Made by a program: the position numbers and the translations under genes
Notes under the pieces: model-generated
What the model was told of the DNA's origin: nothing
Database searches by the model: none
Seen by the model: only the letters and a program-made list of their open reading frames with translations
Source of the DNA: the human T2T-CHM13v2.0 reference genome, Homo sapiens
Assembly: GCF_009914755.1 (NCBI RefSeq)
Contig: NC_060926.1
Strand: one strand, 5' to 3'
Length of the DNA stretch: 64,000 nt
Shown here: positions 26,728-39,648 of the stretch, piece after piece
Numbering within the stretch: the stretch's first letter is position 1
Layout: the number at the start of each line of letters is the position of its first letter

Positions 26728-29224
26728 CCTTGATTTTTGAATATCAAACCAGCCTTGTGTTTCTGGAGTAAAAACCTCTTGGTTTCTGTGCTTTATTCTT
26801 TTAAAATATTGCTGGATTCAATTTGCAAATATTTTTTGAAGACTTTTGTATCTATGTTTATGAAGGATATTGATCTCTGGTTTTGCTTTTTAATGTTTCT
26901 AAAATCTGGTTTTAACATCAGGGTGATGCTAACCTAATAAAATGACTGGGATGTAGTCTCTTCTCATCTATTTTCTGAAAGAGATGGTGGTTGTAAAATT
27001 GATGTTATTTCTTTAATTGTTTGGTAGAATTCTAACGTGAAGTTATCTAAGCCTGGGGATTTATTTGATAAAGTTTTTAACTACAAAGTCTATTTCTTTG
27101 GTAGGTATTGGACTAGTCAAGTCACCCACTTCATCACGGGTAAGTGTCATAGTTTGTGGTTTTTGAGGAATTGGTCCATTTCATTTAAGTTGGCAAACTG
27201 ATATGCACAGAGATATTCATGGTATTCCTTTATTATATTTTTTAATATCTGTGGGGTTTATGGTGCTGTCCCCTCTTTCAGTCCTGATATTGGTAATTTG
27301 TGTCTTCTCTCTCTTTTTTTTTTTTCTTTGTCAGTCTTGGTAGAGGTTTATAAATTTCATTGATTTTTTTTTTCAAAGGCCCAGCTTGGTTTAACTGATT
27401 TGCTTTTACTGCTTTCTGGTTTCAATTCTAGTGATTTCTGTTCTTATTCTTATTATTTTCTTTCTTCTGCTTGTATTGGGTTAATTTTTCTCCTACTTTC
27501 TTAGACTTCTAAGGTAAAATTATAGATTATTGATGTGTGATTTCTCTTTTTTTCTTATATTAATATTTAATGCTGTAAGCTTTCCTCTAAGCACTACTTC
27601 AGCTGCATAGCACAAATTTTGGCATGTTGTATTTTCATTTATGTTCAGTTAAAAATATTTTCTGATCTCCCTGATACTTCTTCATTGACTATGGATTATT
27701 TATAAGTGCATTGTTTAATTTCCAAATTGGAGTTTTTCCTTTTATCTTTCTGTTATTGATTTCTATTTTAATTTCTTTATGATCAAAGAATGTACCTTGT
27801 ATGATTTCCATGCTCTTACATTTGTTATGGTTCTTTTTTAGTGAGCCAGTATATGGTATTTCTCGGTGGATGTTCCATGTGTACTTGAAAAGAATGTGTT
27901 TCCTCCTGTTGTTGGGTGAAGTACTCTATAACTCTATAAATGTCATTTAGCTCCAGTTGGTTGATGTTTGTGTAGCTCTTCAAATATGCTTGCTGATTTC
28001 GTCTACTGGTTCTATCTCTACTGAGAGAGATGTTCTGAAGTCTTCTGCTGTAATTGCTCCCTGCATTCTGTCTAGGTTTTATAATTGCTTTCAGTGGGAG
28101 GGACAAGGTGGAGTTTGCTTGCTCCATATTATTCAGAACCAGAACCCTATTTGTTGCTTTCCCTAAATCACATTTGTGCCCACCTGTGTTGGGTTGAACA
28201 CAAGTCCTTTAAAGCATGGCTGGATCCCAGCAGTAAAACACGTGACTCCCTTCATTTTCTGACTGCCTACTCATAAGACAGGGTTTGAGGAAGAGGGAGT
28301 GGGATACCCAGGCTTCTCCCACCCATAAGAAGGGTGTCCCTAAAAAGTCTCTGCTATCCCTTTGCCTTCAAGAGAGGCATTCTACAGCAAGGGTTGGGGG
28401 TCAGATTGGGGGTCAGAAGCATCCTCTGGGAGGGGACATCTGAGTGAGCTTCAAGGATATTCCAAGGTCTGAAAGGTGATAAAGACTAGGGTGGTGAGGG
28501 GGACGGTAAGGGAGCAGTCTCTGCAAAGCTGGGAGAATGCAGGTGAGCCTGAACACATGGACACTTTTCTCGGCCACTCTGCTGCTCACTTCTTGGGACC
28601 ACAGGTTACAGGCACTGGAATCTGGCCTCTTGCTTGTGCAGCACCTGCAGGGCACAAAGCATTCTCCCTAGGAGCATCTCGCTGCGAGCAGGTGGTGCTT
28701 TATTCCTTGCTTAGAGATAAGAACACAGGCTATGTGAATGGACCCATTCACAGCTACCTACAAAGATGTCACAAAACCGTTCCAGAACTTGGGTCTCCTC
28801 ACTCCCATCCAATCTTTTTTTCTCAGAGAGCGCCTGCCCAGAGGGCCCATCCAGATCACATGGTAGATTTTCAAGCTTTTTCATGTGTCTGTTTCCAAAC
28901 CATTTCCCTGCACAATGACTCCCATCAGGACCGTCTCTGGTCAGAGACAGTGAATCTTAACCTGGAGGTTCCCATCGCTCGAGGGGCATATCAGGATCTC
29001 CAAGGGATGACTGGGTGGCCTAGAACATTATAGTCTGAAAAGTCACCTCTACCCCAGATGGACATGCCTCCTGTCTCTGTGCCTGGAGAAGAACCGCTGG
29101 TTTATTTCAAAACATTTCCTTTTACAGACAGTAAAATACAGGCCTAGAGAGGAAGAGAGACCAGCCAAAGGGATTAAAACTGAAACCAGAATCTGAGAGT
29201 TGGGATCCTGACTTGTGGCTCCTT

Positions 29225-29500
29225 AATAATAAATAAATCATGGTTAATGTTTATGAAACACTTAGTCTTTGCCAGACATTCTGCTGATTCCTATATATGT
29301 ATGATCTTCTTTAGTCTTCATAGTCACCCTGTGAGTTAGATATTACTGTTATTGATCTCAGGTCACAGATGGAGAAACTGAGGCACAGAGGGGTTTAGCG
29401 ACTTGTCCAAACTCATGCAACTAGTGCAGGGGCAGCGAGGAAGCTGGCTCTGGTGCTCTGCAAGCAGGGCTTCTGAGGTCATCTGAGCCACCTGCCCTCC
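29225..29500 (-). mobile_element. MIR
   Basis: acagatggagaaactgaggcacagaggggtttagcgacttgtccaa. Confidence 0.8.
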
Positions 29501-30099
29501 TAGGTGACTCTGCCTCTCCCCTGTCACTCCTCCCCAGAATCCTGCCTTAGATCTGCTTCACTTTCCTTTAAGGACACCGAATCAGTAGGTGGGGCCTTGT
29601 TGGAATTAGTGACATTGGCAAGGTGCTTTCACAGAGCAAGGCTTAGGTGCCAAGCCCCCACCTCGAGTGTCCTGCCCCTGCTGAGGGCTTTGCCTCGGCC
29701 TGGCCTCCCATCCTGCTGTCCTGGCCTCCTTCCAAAGGCCACATCCTCTCAAGGTCTGGAGACCAGAAGCTCTTCCCAGCTCAGATGGGACCCCGCTGAG
29801 GGGAGGCCCAGGCAGGCATGACAACGCAGTCTAAAATTACCTCTACTGAAGGCTGTGCACCCTCCACCCTTCCTGCATTCCTCCCCTAGCCTGGAACAGC
29901 CCAGAGAGAGAGCTTTGAGGATTTTGGTGATTTACATTGAAGGTTGTGCTCCTGGCCACTGGGCTGCCTTGAGGGCTGAAGTGTAAGGAGGGCTCCCAGA
30001 AGATGCAGCCCTGCCTGAGGCAGGCTTAAGGGAGAGGCTGGGGTGCTCTGCCCCGGAGTCTTCCTTTGAGCAATGGAGGGTTCTCTGGGCTTCTGTGTT

Positions 30100-30410
30100 C
30101 CTTCTTTCTGGATCACCTTTTGCCTGGCAAACTTCTGTTTATATACAGCCTTTAGCCTAAATGCTGCTTCCTCCAGGAAGCCTTCCTTGCATGCTTTCCT
30201 CCTACACCAGTCTTGATTGCAGGCCTTTCCCAATTGAATGCTCTCCCCATCAAAGAACTTTTCTCACTGTTCAGCACCTGCCTGTCTGTGAATCTGTCTC
30301 CTAGAGAAAAAGGACCATATTGTGTTCACTGCAGAATTCCAAATCCCTAGCAGAGTGCCCGACATGTAAGATATACTCAGTACATGTTTCTTGAATTAAT
30401 TAATTCAAGC
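30100..30410 (+). mobile_element. L2 3' end
   Basis: cttcctccaggaagccttcct...cctagcagagtgcccgacatgtaagatatactcagtacatgtttcttgaatt. Confidence 0.7.
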
Positions 30411-32520
30411 AAAGACGTCAAGGGTGAAGACTGAATAATATATTTTTCTTTGTGATCTAGCTTTATGGTACTCATAGACAAAAGGAATTTAAATAGCCCA
30501 ATGTTCAGGTATTAAATGAGGAAACATACCTTTTAAAAGATGTTATTTTATGGTGTGCAAACCTTCAATTATTTCTGCCGATGTCTAAACTTCATTCAGA
30601 ATGAGATATTTGAGACACAATTTTAGGGTGTCATTACTGGCAGTTCTTGAAGAGGTCTTTATCTCTATTTTACAAATAAGGAAATGGAGGTTCAGAGAGT
30701 TTAGTAACTGGCTAAGGGGACACAGTCAGGAAATGTTAGCTTTGGGGCTGTCTTATGGTTTATAAGGGATTTGTGGCTCTTTCCTGGGGCTTTTGTACAG
30801 CACAGAAGACATACAGGTGCTCACACAATGACAAATCACTGGGATAAGTACAGAGACAGAGGGAAGGGACAGTACCACGAGAGCCTGAGGGAAGAGGGAA
30901 CTGACTGTGGACAGTTTGCCCCATGGGCCAGGGCGGGAAAGGCATGGGGAACAGCATGTGCCAGGTAAGGAGGCCTGACACTGCAAGGCTTTCCAAGGGA
31001 ACCACAGCTGTCTACCTACCGCACAGGCAGCTGCTGTTGCAATGAAATGAGACAAAGGCTTGTTGGATGAGACAACGCTAACATTGCTTTTGCCATCTTA
31101 TAGAGGGAGGGTCTAGCTGTTGAGCCATCAGCTCTTCCACTGTTATGAATATATTCCCCTCCCTCAACAACAGTCAAACCCATCAACTCTTTTTACCCTC
31201 TTTACCCTCAAATAAGCCGCATTTCCTGAAAGCCCGGATTTCTGGAAGTATGAAAGCTTTGCCAAGATGTGGAGAACAGCCCTCCTGCTCTGTCTTTGGC
31301 TTGTCCTGCCTGGCCACCTTCCCGCCCTCCAGGCTGTGTCTTTCCTTCCAGCCATCCATCTTGGCCCCTGGGCAGGTCAGGGCAGACCCTTCTCTGGCCT
31401 GCCTTGGGGTCTCTCTCTGGAGACGAGTGATGAATGTGTGGAGGGATTAGCCCTACTTTTCCGGGCCCTGGTGGTGCCAGGAGCAAGCACATTCCAGAAA
31501 GGCCTGAGCTGATGGATGCCTTGGGGCGGGGGGAGGGGGAGGTTTTCGGGAGAGGAGAGGCCCTAGAGTTTGGGAGGGGGATTCCTAACATTCCTAGGGC
31601 TGGGAGGCCCTGCAGTGCCTGCAGCAGTGATGGACAGACAGCTGAGAGAGCCGGCCCCGACCAGGGTGCGGGCTGGGGGGCGCCTTGATCTGCACCTCCT
31701 GCCCCCTCCCCACCTCAGCCCCCTGGAATGTTATCTTTCCTCTAATCACTTGCAGGCAGGGAAGAATGAGGTGGGGGCACCTGCCTACTGTGCCCCCTCA
31801 GAGGTAGCTTTGCCTCTTTCTGTCTCAGGGGGTGGGGTGGGGGCTGAGTGGTCCGGGGAGGAGGCTTGCGGCCTGTCAGGGCTGGAAGGGAGGGCGCTGG
31901 CCCCCTGCACCCACCCACATGCATTGCAGATGAGACCTGGCACGGGGAAGGGGTGTCCAGCCTCACCGCTTCCCAGCTGGGAAGGCTCTGAGGACTTTGC
32001 CTCACCCACGCCCTTTATTTTGTGGCTGAAGGGTCTTCAGCTCCAGGGCACATAACAGAGAGTTAGAGGCAAAGTCATGACTGGAACCCAGGACTTCTGA
32101 TTGTTTATCTCATGATCAAACATCCTAACAGATACCGCTCTCCCTGGGCCTCAGTTTCCCCAAATGTAGAAGTGAGTGGGTTGGACACAAGGGTCTTTGA
32201 AGGCTGCTGTTTCTGATGTCCTTGGCCCTCTAAGAACCCCATCAGCCACTTGCACTGGTGGTGGCGTATGGTGGCTGCGTGCGGAAAGAAGGGAGAGTGA
32301 CAGTTTAGCCATCTCATCCTCTTTCTCCAAAGAGGTCTTCAAAAAGTCTTGGAGGGAGGGGAGCCCTTGAAGTCTACTTCATCGGAACCCGAGCTGCTGA
32401 AGCAGCCAGCAAAGTGGGAAAGCATCAATTCCTACTTCCACGGCTCTGCAACTGTGGGACCTTGTGCAAGCCTCAATCTCTTATGAGCCTGGGATTCCTA
32501 AACCGCAAACGGGTTAATAA

Positions 32521-32539
32521 CAGCGCCCCCTCCTGGCTG
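32521..32539 (-). promoter_or_regulatory. Candidate CTCF binding site
   Basis: minus strand CAGCCAGGAGGGGGCGCTG vs core CCASYAGRKGGCRS (1 mismatch); CpG retained. Confidence 0.6.
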
Positions 32540-33929
32540 CTGTAAGGCTGGAGCAGTTTCTCCCCATGCTCCTCCTCTTGGCTGCCCGCTGGCTCGACCT
32601 CCCCTGCCCACTCTTGCTCTTGTCCGCTGCCTGCTGAGCCTTCACAAGGGTCTCTGAAGTGCTGTCCAGACAAGGCCGCCAGGAGCCTTGGAGTTCCCAA
32701 GACAGCATGGAGTTCTGCGGTGGTTCTTTTCCACAAGACACCTTGTTTATTATTATATGCAACTTCATTTTCATGTCTTTTAATACTTTTCACAAAGAAA
32801 GCTTTTGCAAATTGGAGGAGAAAACTATAGTCTGTGGTATTTCACCTGCCCTGGGCTAGGCCCCCGGAGTGCCTTCCTTTAAGCCAAGACAGCTACTCGC
32901 ATTTCTCACTTAATCCTCTTGGCAGTCCCCCAAAAGCAGGTATTTCTCCCCATCTGAGGGATGAAGAAACTGAGGCCGAGGGAGACTTGGACTCACACAA
33001 AGTCACACAACTAGTCTGAGGCTGAGCTGGGGTTTCTTATGAAGTAGCTGGGTGAGGCTGTGTGTTTGTTGTTTTAATGCAGAGGAGAATGTCCCCAGCT
33101 GCACTTCAAATCCCATCCTGAACTTGGACAAGCAAGAACTGTCATCTTGTGGGCACCACATGATTTCCTTAAAGACAATTGGCCTGGACCTATAAGTTGC
33201 TTTTAAATTTTTAATATTCTAGGTAATGCTGGCATGATCATTTTCATACATCCATTCACAGTATGTGCAAAATGCCTGCTGCTTGCTAAGCACTGTGTTG
33301 GCTGAATACCCCAGGCTAAGGCCCTGCAGGGCTGGAAGGGGGAAAACAACTCGATTTCACTTCTGAAAATGGCTGGGCAGGAAGGAACTGAAAGAGGAGG
33401 CCATGCCTGTGCCAGGGTGTTATGTTTGTGCCCATGCCTGACTTGCCCGCCCCTCCAATGTGCCTGCCACTGTGCTGTGTACACTTTGCTGTTCTGGAAG
33501 TATTTATTATGCTTCAGAGACACCAGAGAGCCCAGGGCAGGCTGGTTCTACTTTTCTGCAACCAGGGAGGTAAAGACTGCATCTAGTTAGGGGTAGCGAG
33601 CCTGGAATATCAGCTGGAAAAAGCAGTGGAGATTCTTGCCGTTGTCCCTATCACAGCTTTCTGAAGCCCTTCAAAGGAGCAGCGTGCTGGCTGGACGGTA
33701 CTATACCCATGACCTCATCTCCTTTGCTGTCCTCCTTTTTCTGGTCAAATCAAACAAAAACAAAACATTCGCCAACATTATATTTAGAGGCTGTTGTATA
33801 TTAAGAGGAGCAATTGTGAGGAAATCTAAAATTAGCCCAACATTAATCAGGACCTGTCACCAAAGTAGATGACTCAGTTTCCAATTCCACATGTCACGCT
33901 CTTAGAGACAGACCTTAGTGACACTGAGG

Positions 33930-34190
33930 AAGCCCAGCGCTAGGACATTGTATGACTGCTGGCAGTGGTATAAAGTGCACTTGCTGCAGAGTCGGGCGGG
34001 CCTGGGTTTGACTCCTGGCTCTGACCCTTGCTAGCTTCAGATCCAAGGAGTGCCTTCTTAACCTCTTTAACCTCAGTTTCTCCATGTGACAGGAGAGGCT
34101 GAAAGCACCCACAGCATTGTTGTGACAGTTAGATAAGATAACATATGTAAAGGATGACCACGTATAGTTCCTGGTGCAATGGTCCTTTTA
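33930..34190 (+). mobile_element. MIR
   Basis: gcctgggtttgactcctggctctg...ttaacctcagtttctccatgtga. Confidence 0.8.
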
Positions 34191-35149
34191 AAATGCTGTT
34201 TTCCCTCCCCCAGCAAGGCTGTAGTTCCTGAAACCAACTCAGAGTAGCAGCCAGGGCAGTCCTGAAAAGAACCATCTCCACTTGGGAACCATCAATCACC
34301 TCTCCCTTTTCAAAGTGCCGCAGACTCTCGGAGAGAGAAAAGACCTTCCATATTGTTTACTCCAACCTCAATGCCTGGATGCCTTCCACTATGTTCTTCT
34401 GCTTACATACCGCTTGATGATGGGAGGCTCACTATTTCTTGCTCATTCTGTTTTTTAATGGTTATTAAACTCTTCTCTGTTTTGAACCAAAATATACCTC
34501 TTTATAGCTTTTCCTCTTGGATGAGCTCACAAGTATAGGCCCTGCCTGCCTCCAGCCTACTGCCCTGCATATTCCAGGGCTGGGGCCCCATAACCTTTGC
34601 CAGTGAGCCCCAGCCAGACCCAGTATCCAGGACGAGGCCTAACTGAAGGGAGGAGGGATTGACAGGATTCCAGCCTGGGATCCTAGGCCGGGACCTAGCC
34701 ATGGCCTTGTGCCCCAGTCCTGCCTTTTCTCAGCCATGAGACTCAGGCCTCACCTTACCTGACTCATTCAATCCAGCAAACGTTACTGGGGCTACCTCCT
34801 TTACACTGGGCACTGCAGATGCAAATTACTAACAGCTCTCCCATGCCTCCCTATGTCCCAAGGCATGCCAGTGACACTATGGGACAGTGGCAGCTCACAA
34901 CATGGGCAGACTTGGGCTCAAATTCTAGCTCTACAATTTCCTGTGTGTGATTTTGAACAAATGTCTTGTCCTATTGGAGATTATGTGCCTTCTGCTCTTT
35001 AACCAGAGATTGGATTAAATAATTTTAAGGAGCTCATTCTTTTAAAACACTGGGGAATATATTCTAGCTAGAGATGTGAGTGTGTGGGGGGTGGGGGGGA
35101 GAAATGAGTTGTCACCTTTGAAAGGCCACTAGACTATTGCATTTGGCTG

Positions 35150-35640
35150 CCACAAGAGCTGACTGAGGGTGGGACAGCTCGACAGCTGTCTAGGGCACCA
35201 ATCTAGAAGGGGCTCAAAAACATGGGAAATGCAATCAAATGGAGACACTTGTGTTTACCAGGACACCTCTCAGAGGGAATGTAGAGTAAAGGGATACCTG
35301 AGAAGCCATTTAGGATAAAGGTGAGGAGGTGAGATCTCTAAGAGATATACTCAAACAAATTGTCATTTTGAGGGAGTGGGTCTGGTGAACTGCAGGACTT
35401 TTATTTTGCTGAATGGTAATGCAAGTTAAGGCCTGAGCAGAACTGTTAGGCTCAATGGACGAGAGCCATGGAAACCCCTGGAGCACTTTCTCTGCCCTTC
35501 CTGCATGCATTGTTCAGTAACTTCCTCTTTAAGTAAATTTTGGACATATATTTAAAGACTGTTGGTTTGAAAGGCACCATATTGCTGAGCCATTTGATAT
35601 TAGCCTTCCCAGGCACCTATGTAGCTAGATACGGCCTTTC
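35150..35640. mobile_element. Possible MamTip/hAT-Tip100-like relic
   Basis: cagctgtctagggcaccaatctagaaggggctcaaaaacat and gtttgaaaggcacc...tattagccttcccaggcacc resemble recalled MamTip ends. Confidence 0.35.
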
Positions 35641-36490
35641 TGCTCCAAAAGGAGGGTGATCTGATAACATTCCCTGGCGAGACACATCCCAGCAGAGAGA
35701 ATGCTAGATGATTTCTCTTGTTTCTATCTCCTCATCTCAGGTGGCCTTTGCTGATTCCTAGTTCTTGATTTCCTCCTTGATGCGCCTGCCTTGAAGTGTT
35801 CAGTCTCTGTTTAAGTTCTCCTGTTCACAGTCCAGCCTCTCACACCAGCCCTGCCTCTCTGATCCAATCCTGCATTCATTTCCCTCTTGTGCATGCCTAG
35901 GGCCAACATGCCAATAATTCCCACTTCTACCTAGCCAGTTTGGCAATTTGCACAATTGAAACTTTTATCAGCACTCTGCTTATGGGACGGTCAGGTATAG
36001 GAACTTCCTAACTCTCAGGCACAGCCATCACCCCAGAAGCAGGCAGAAAATGCACCCGGGTAACACACAAAGTAGCCTTCCGAAAGCACATGCATGTTTC
36101 ATGAGCAGATATGCACCAACGTCGGGCTTTCTTGTTAAGAGTTTGGTGGCATAGAATTCTGCGTGAAGGGAAAATTACTGACTTAATCAGGTTGAGTAAC
36201 TGGTTTCTTCTGGGAAACATAATTTCTTCCCCTTGTTAGTGTAAATAATGGTTTAGTAGCAATTGGAGATGCGTTGAGCAATGGAACTGATAAGCAGTAG
36301 CTTGGGGAGAGAGGAGATGGGAAAAATAAAAACAGAATTGTTACCTGGAAAAGAAAATTGGGGCCATTTGGTGCAGGGGCAACTGGCCTGTACAATGTGA
36401 TACTTCCAGACAACATCAATTTATTAAAGTCTGTTTAAAGTCATGGGTATTCCACGTAGTTTGTTAAAGAAGTCAGGAGAGTTTACAATC

Positions 36491-36586
36491 CATTTTATAT
36501 TACCTGGTTCTTGATTTCCTCCTTGATGCACCTGCCCTGAAGTGTTCAGTCTCTGTTTAGGTTCTTTTCTTTCATTTTATATTACC
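36491..36586 (+). repeat. 63-bp copy of 35757-35819 flanked by a 14-bp direct repeat
   Basis: cattttatattacc at 36491-36504 and 36573-36586; insert matches donor at 59/63. Confidence 0.92.
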
Positions 36587-37814
36587 AAGACAAGTGGCTA
36601 AAAATATAAAAGCCTAGTACTTCATATGGAAAAATATCAGTAATCTGGAGGATTGACTTTGTGGAAAGATTTGCTCACCTCACTCACCAGAGGAAGTGGC
36701 TGTAGAAATGTTTTCTCTGGACTCAAAAATGGACAGTAGCTGGGGGAAGTCCCTGTACCTTCTACTAAATTTTGCAGTGAACCTAAGAAAATCAAATCTA
36801 TTAAAATCAAAAGGTAATATGAGATTAGCACATTTTGTTTAATGTTTCTACTTCTAACATTGAATAAAGGAGTATAACTTTCGACTTCTGGTGGGTGCAA
36901 AATGTGCTTCTTTCTAAACATCCATTTCCTTAACTGTAAAATGAGGACAAAACTCTCCTCTGCCTCATAGGCCCAAAGTGGGGATTAAACGAGCTGTGGC
37001 TTCTAAAGCACTGGGCACAGTGGCTGCACATAAAGAGTGCTGAGTATTGGGAGACTCTCATTTTTACAATCGTTCTTTTGACTTAAAGTAAAAAAAAAAA
37101 AAAAATCAATTTCTAGTAACCCTGACGCTTTTTGGATAGCACCAAGGAAATAGGCCTTGATTTAGGATAGAAAAAAAGGTCATTTTGAGTGATCAAATCT
37201 CCATCCTCAGAAGAAGTGAACTGGTTACCTCTTGTCCTAAATCTCAACAGTGGTGAAGGTCTCTTCTCCATCCCCTTCCCCACCAAGCCGCCTTCCTCTG
37301 TCCCCTACACCCCGAGGCACCAGGAGGATCTGATCTTTAGTGAGTGAGAGAATGGGCTGTCCACTGAGTCAGGAAGTCCTTACGCTGGGCAGGAGTTGGT
37401 TGGACCCTCTGTCTAAGTGCCTGTAACATTCTGTAACATTGTAGGGTGTTGAGCAGTCGCCCTTCTTGGCTTCTCCGTATTCATCACCCGAAAGTCTCCT
37501 ACCCCCATTCAGGCAGCACAGCAAGATGTGAACTTCAGGAGGCAGCGCTCATGTCTCCTTCTTTGCATACCCAGAAGTTGTGCAAGAGAGGCCATGGAGG
37601 GATACCAGGAGGACAGGGCAGGCAGGCCTGGCTTCCTTGATCCTCAGTTTGCTGACGGGAAAAATTGAGTCGATAAAATCTCTGCCCGGAGAGTCCTCCA
37701 GAGTGCCTGAGAGCCTCAGATGGGATACTTAGTTTGAAAACACTTTGGAAATTTCCAACTGCAAGGAAACTACTGACTGCAGGAGTTCAATCTGAGAAGG
37801 AGAAAGGCCATGAT

Positions 37815-38015
37815 GGGTGCTGAGTGCCTCACCATTGCAGGGTGCTGGGTCCCTCATGTCACAGGGTGCTGGGTGCCTCACCATCGCCATTGTAGGATGC
37901 TGGGTGCTTCGTCATCGTAAGGTGCTGTGTGCCTCACCATCGTAGGGTTCTGGGTGCCTCCTAGGTGCCTCCTAGGCATCCTAGGATGCTGGATGCCTCA
38001 TCATCATGGGGTGTT
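37815..38015. repeat. Degenerate ~25-bp minisatellite (gggtgctgggtgcctcaccatcgta, ~7 units)
   Basis: units start near 37815, 37840, 37864, 37895, 37920, 37945 and 37984. Confidence 0.88.
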
Positions 38016-39396
38016 GCCATCTGCTGCTCCTTCGTCTTTTTGGGTGTGGGTCTTTCAGTCCAAGCTCTTGTCCACATGCTCCCTGAGTCCCCACTGGGCC
38101 AGCCTGCCCAGCTCGCTGCCATGGAGGCCGTGCTGGGAGAACTCCCGGCTTCTCCTTGTGAGTTAGTGCTGAGGGACTTACAACCAGGGGAAGGGAGGTG
38201 ATTTGGGCTGGGTCCCATGGCCTGAGAGTGGGTGGTGTTGCTGGGGCTTGACCAGGGCCTCTGGGCTCCCAGACTGGCCTCCACCACTCAGATTCAGCCC
38301 TCACAGCCCAGTGGTCTTTCCATGCCTCCAGCTCGCAACGCCATGAGCACGTTAACCGAAACATTTTATTTCCTGATATGCGGTGGAGGGAGTGTCTACA
38401 GGACACCTTCCAAAAAAAATGTTTTTACTCTCCAGCCACAAAATACACAATATCCATTCTTGTCATCTCTGAATCTCTGGCAACAACTCAACACATTCTT
38501 ATTTAGAACAATATAACAATCTGACTTCTGTTTTTGGCCCCTAAGTTCTTTTGTCCCTTCCAGCAAAGTGTGAAATATGTGTTTCCTGGCCATAGGACAA
38601 CAGCTCCTGACAATGTAGGAATAATAACAAACATGAGCCAGAGGCAGGTGGGGCATAGGCATCATAACCCCAGCTCCTTGCAAATCCTGCATCCAGGTTC
38701 CAAGGAGGATGAAAAATCAGGAGCTGTCAACAACCGCCTGGTAACCCTGGGTCGGCACCATTTTCTAGTTGCTTGCAATCAAGGATTGTGTGATTCCAGA
38801 GGTTATTCCTGGCCAGCTCCCATCTTCCTCGCTCCTCTGATTTGTTATTTGGCTTAAGTCACCTGCCCTCTCTAGACCTCAGTTTTCTTATATATATAAA
38901 ATGAAGGAATAAAAATAAAGAAGTAGCACAAAGAAGGGAGTACTAACCTATGTCTGGGTCAGGTTGACCGCCACTTGGAAAATGCTGGCACGCTGTAGAT
39001 TTCAGCAAACTTTCACTGAATGAAGGAATCAATGAGGGAAGTCTTTGGAGAGGATACCACACTGAAGCTGTGTCTGAGGTTCAAAGGGGGTGGTGAGTGC
39101 TCAGGCAGAGGGGTTGCCTTGTGCAAAGCCTGGTGACCTGCAGCAGCGAGGAAACCCTCAGCAATGACTGGAGTGTAGGGTATGAGGTAGGGATCATGAC
39201 AGATGAAGCTGGAGATGCCAGCAGGAGCTGGATCATGGGAGGACTTAGATGTTTTGCTGAGAAGCTTGGACTTGGCCCTGAAGGAGACAGAAGTCACCAG
39301 AAGCTCTCCAAGGACCTCAATCCACCCAATAATAATAATGATAACAACAACAACAACAGTAATACTAGTTATATTTGTTAAACATTTGGGTGCTCT

Positions 39397-39648
39397 GCCC
39401 TCATGAATGAAGTGAGTGCCCTTATAATAGAGGCCTGAAAGAGCTTCCTAGCCCTTTCGTCTTTCAGCTATGTGAGGACACATAGGGGATGCCTTCTATG
39501 AAGAACATGTTTTTACCAGATATTGAATCTGTTGGCACTGTAATCTTGGACTTCCCAGCTTTCAGAACTGTGAGCAATAAACTTCTACTGTTTAGAAATT
39601 ATCCAGTCTAAGGCATTTCTGTTATAGCAGCCAGAAGGAACCAACACA
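39397..39648 (+). mobile_element. MLT1A/MST-family LTR, 3' part
   Basis: gccctcatgaatg...cttggacttcccagctttcagaactgtgagcaataaa...gttatagcagc. Confidence 0.8.

Larger units (their letters stand above)
22160..28130 (-). mobile_element. Nested block of old L1M fragments (several 3' UTRs plus ORF2 remnants)
   Basis: T-rich antisense L1; ORF 25973..26212 gives [17 protein letters not shown] (RT) and 27825..28127 gives INQLELNDIYR (EN region); separate 3' ends start near 22160, 23150 and 24140. Confidence 0.88.

Noticed and set aside
37815-38015. CRISPR-like periodicity
   Set aside because: Tandem degenerate units without unique spacers, primate DNA, no cas genes.
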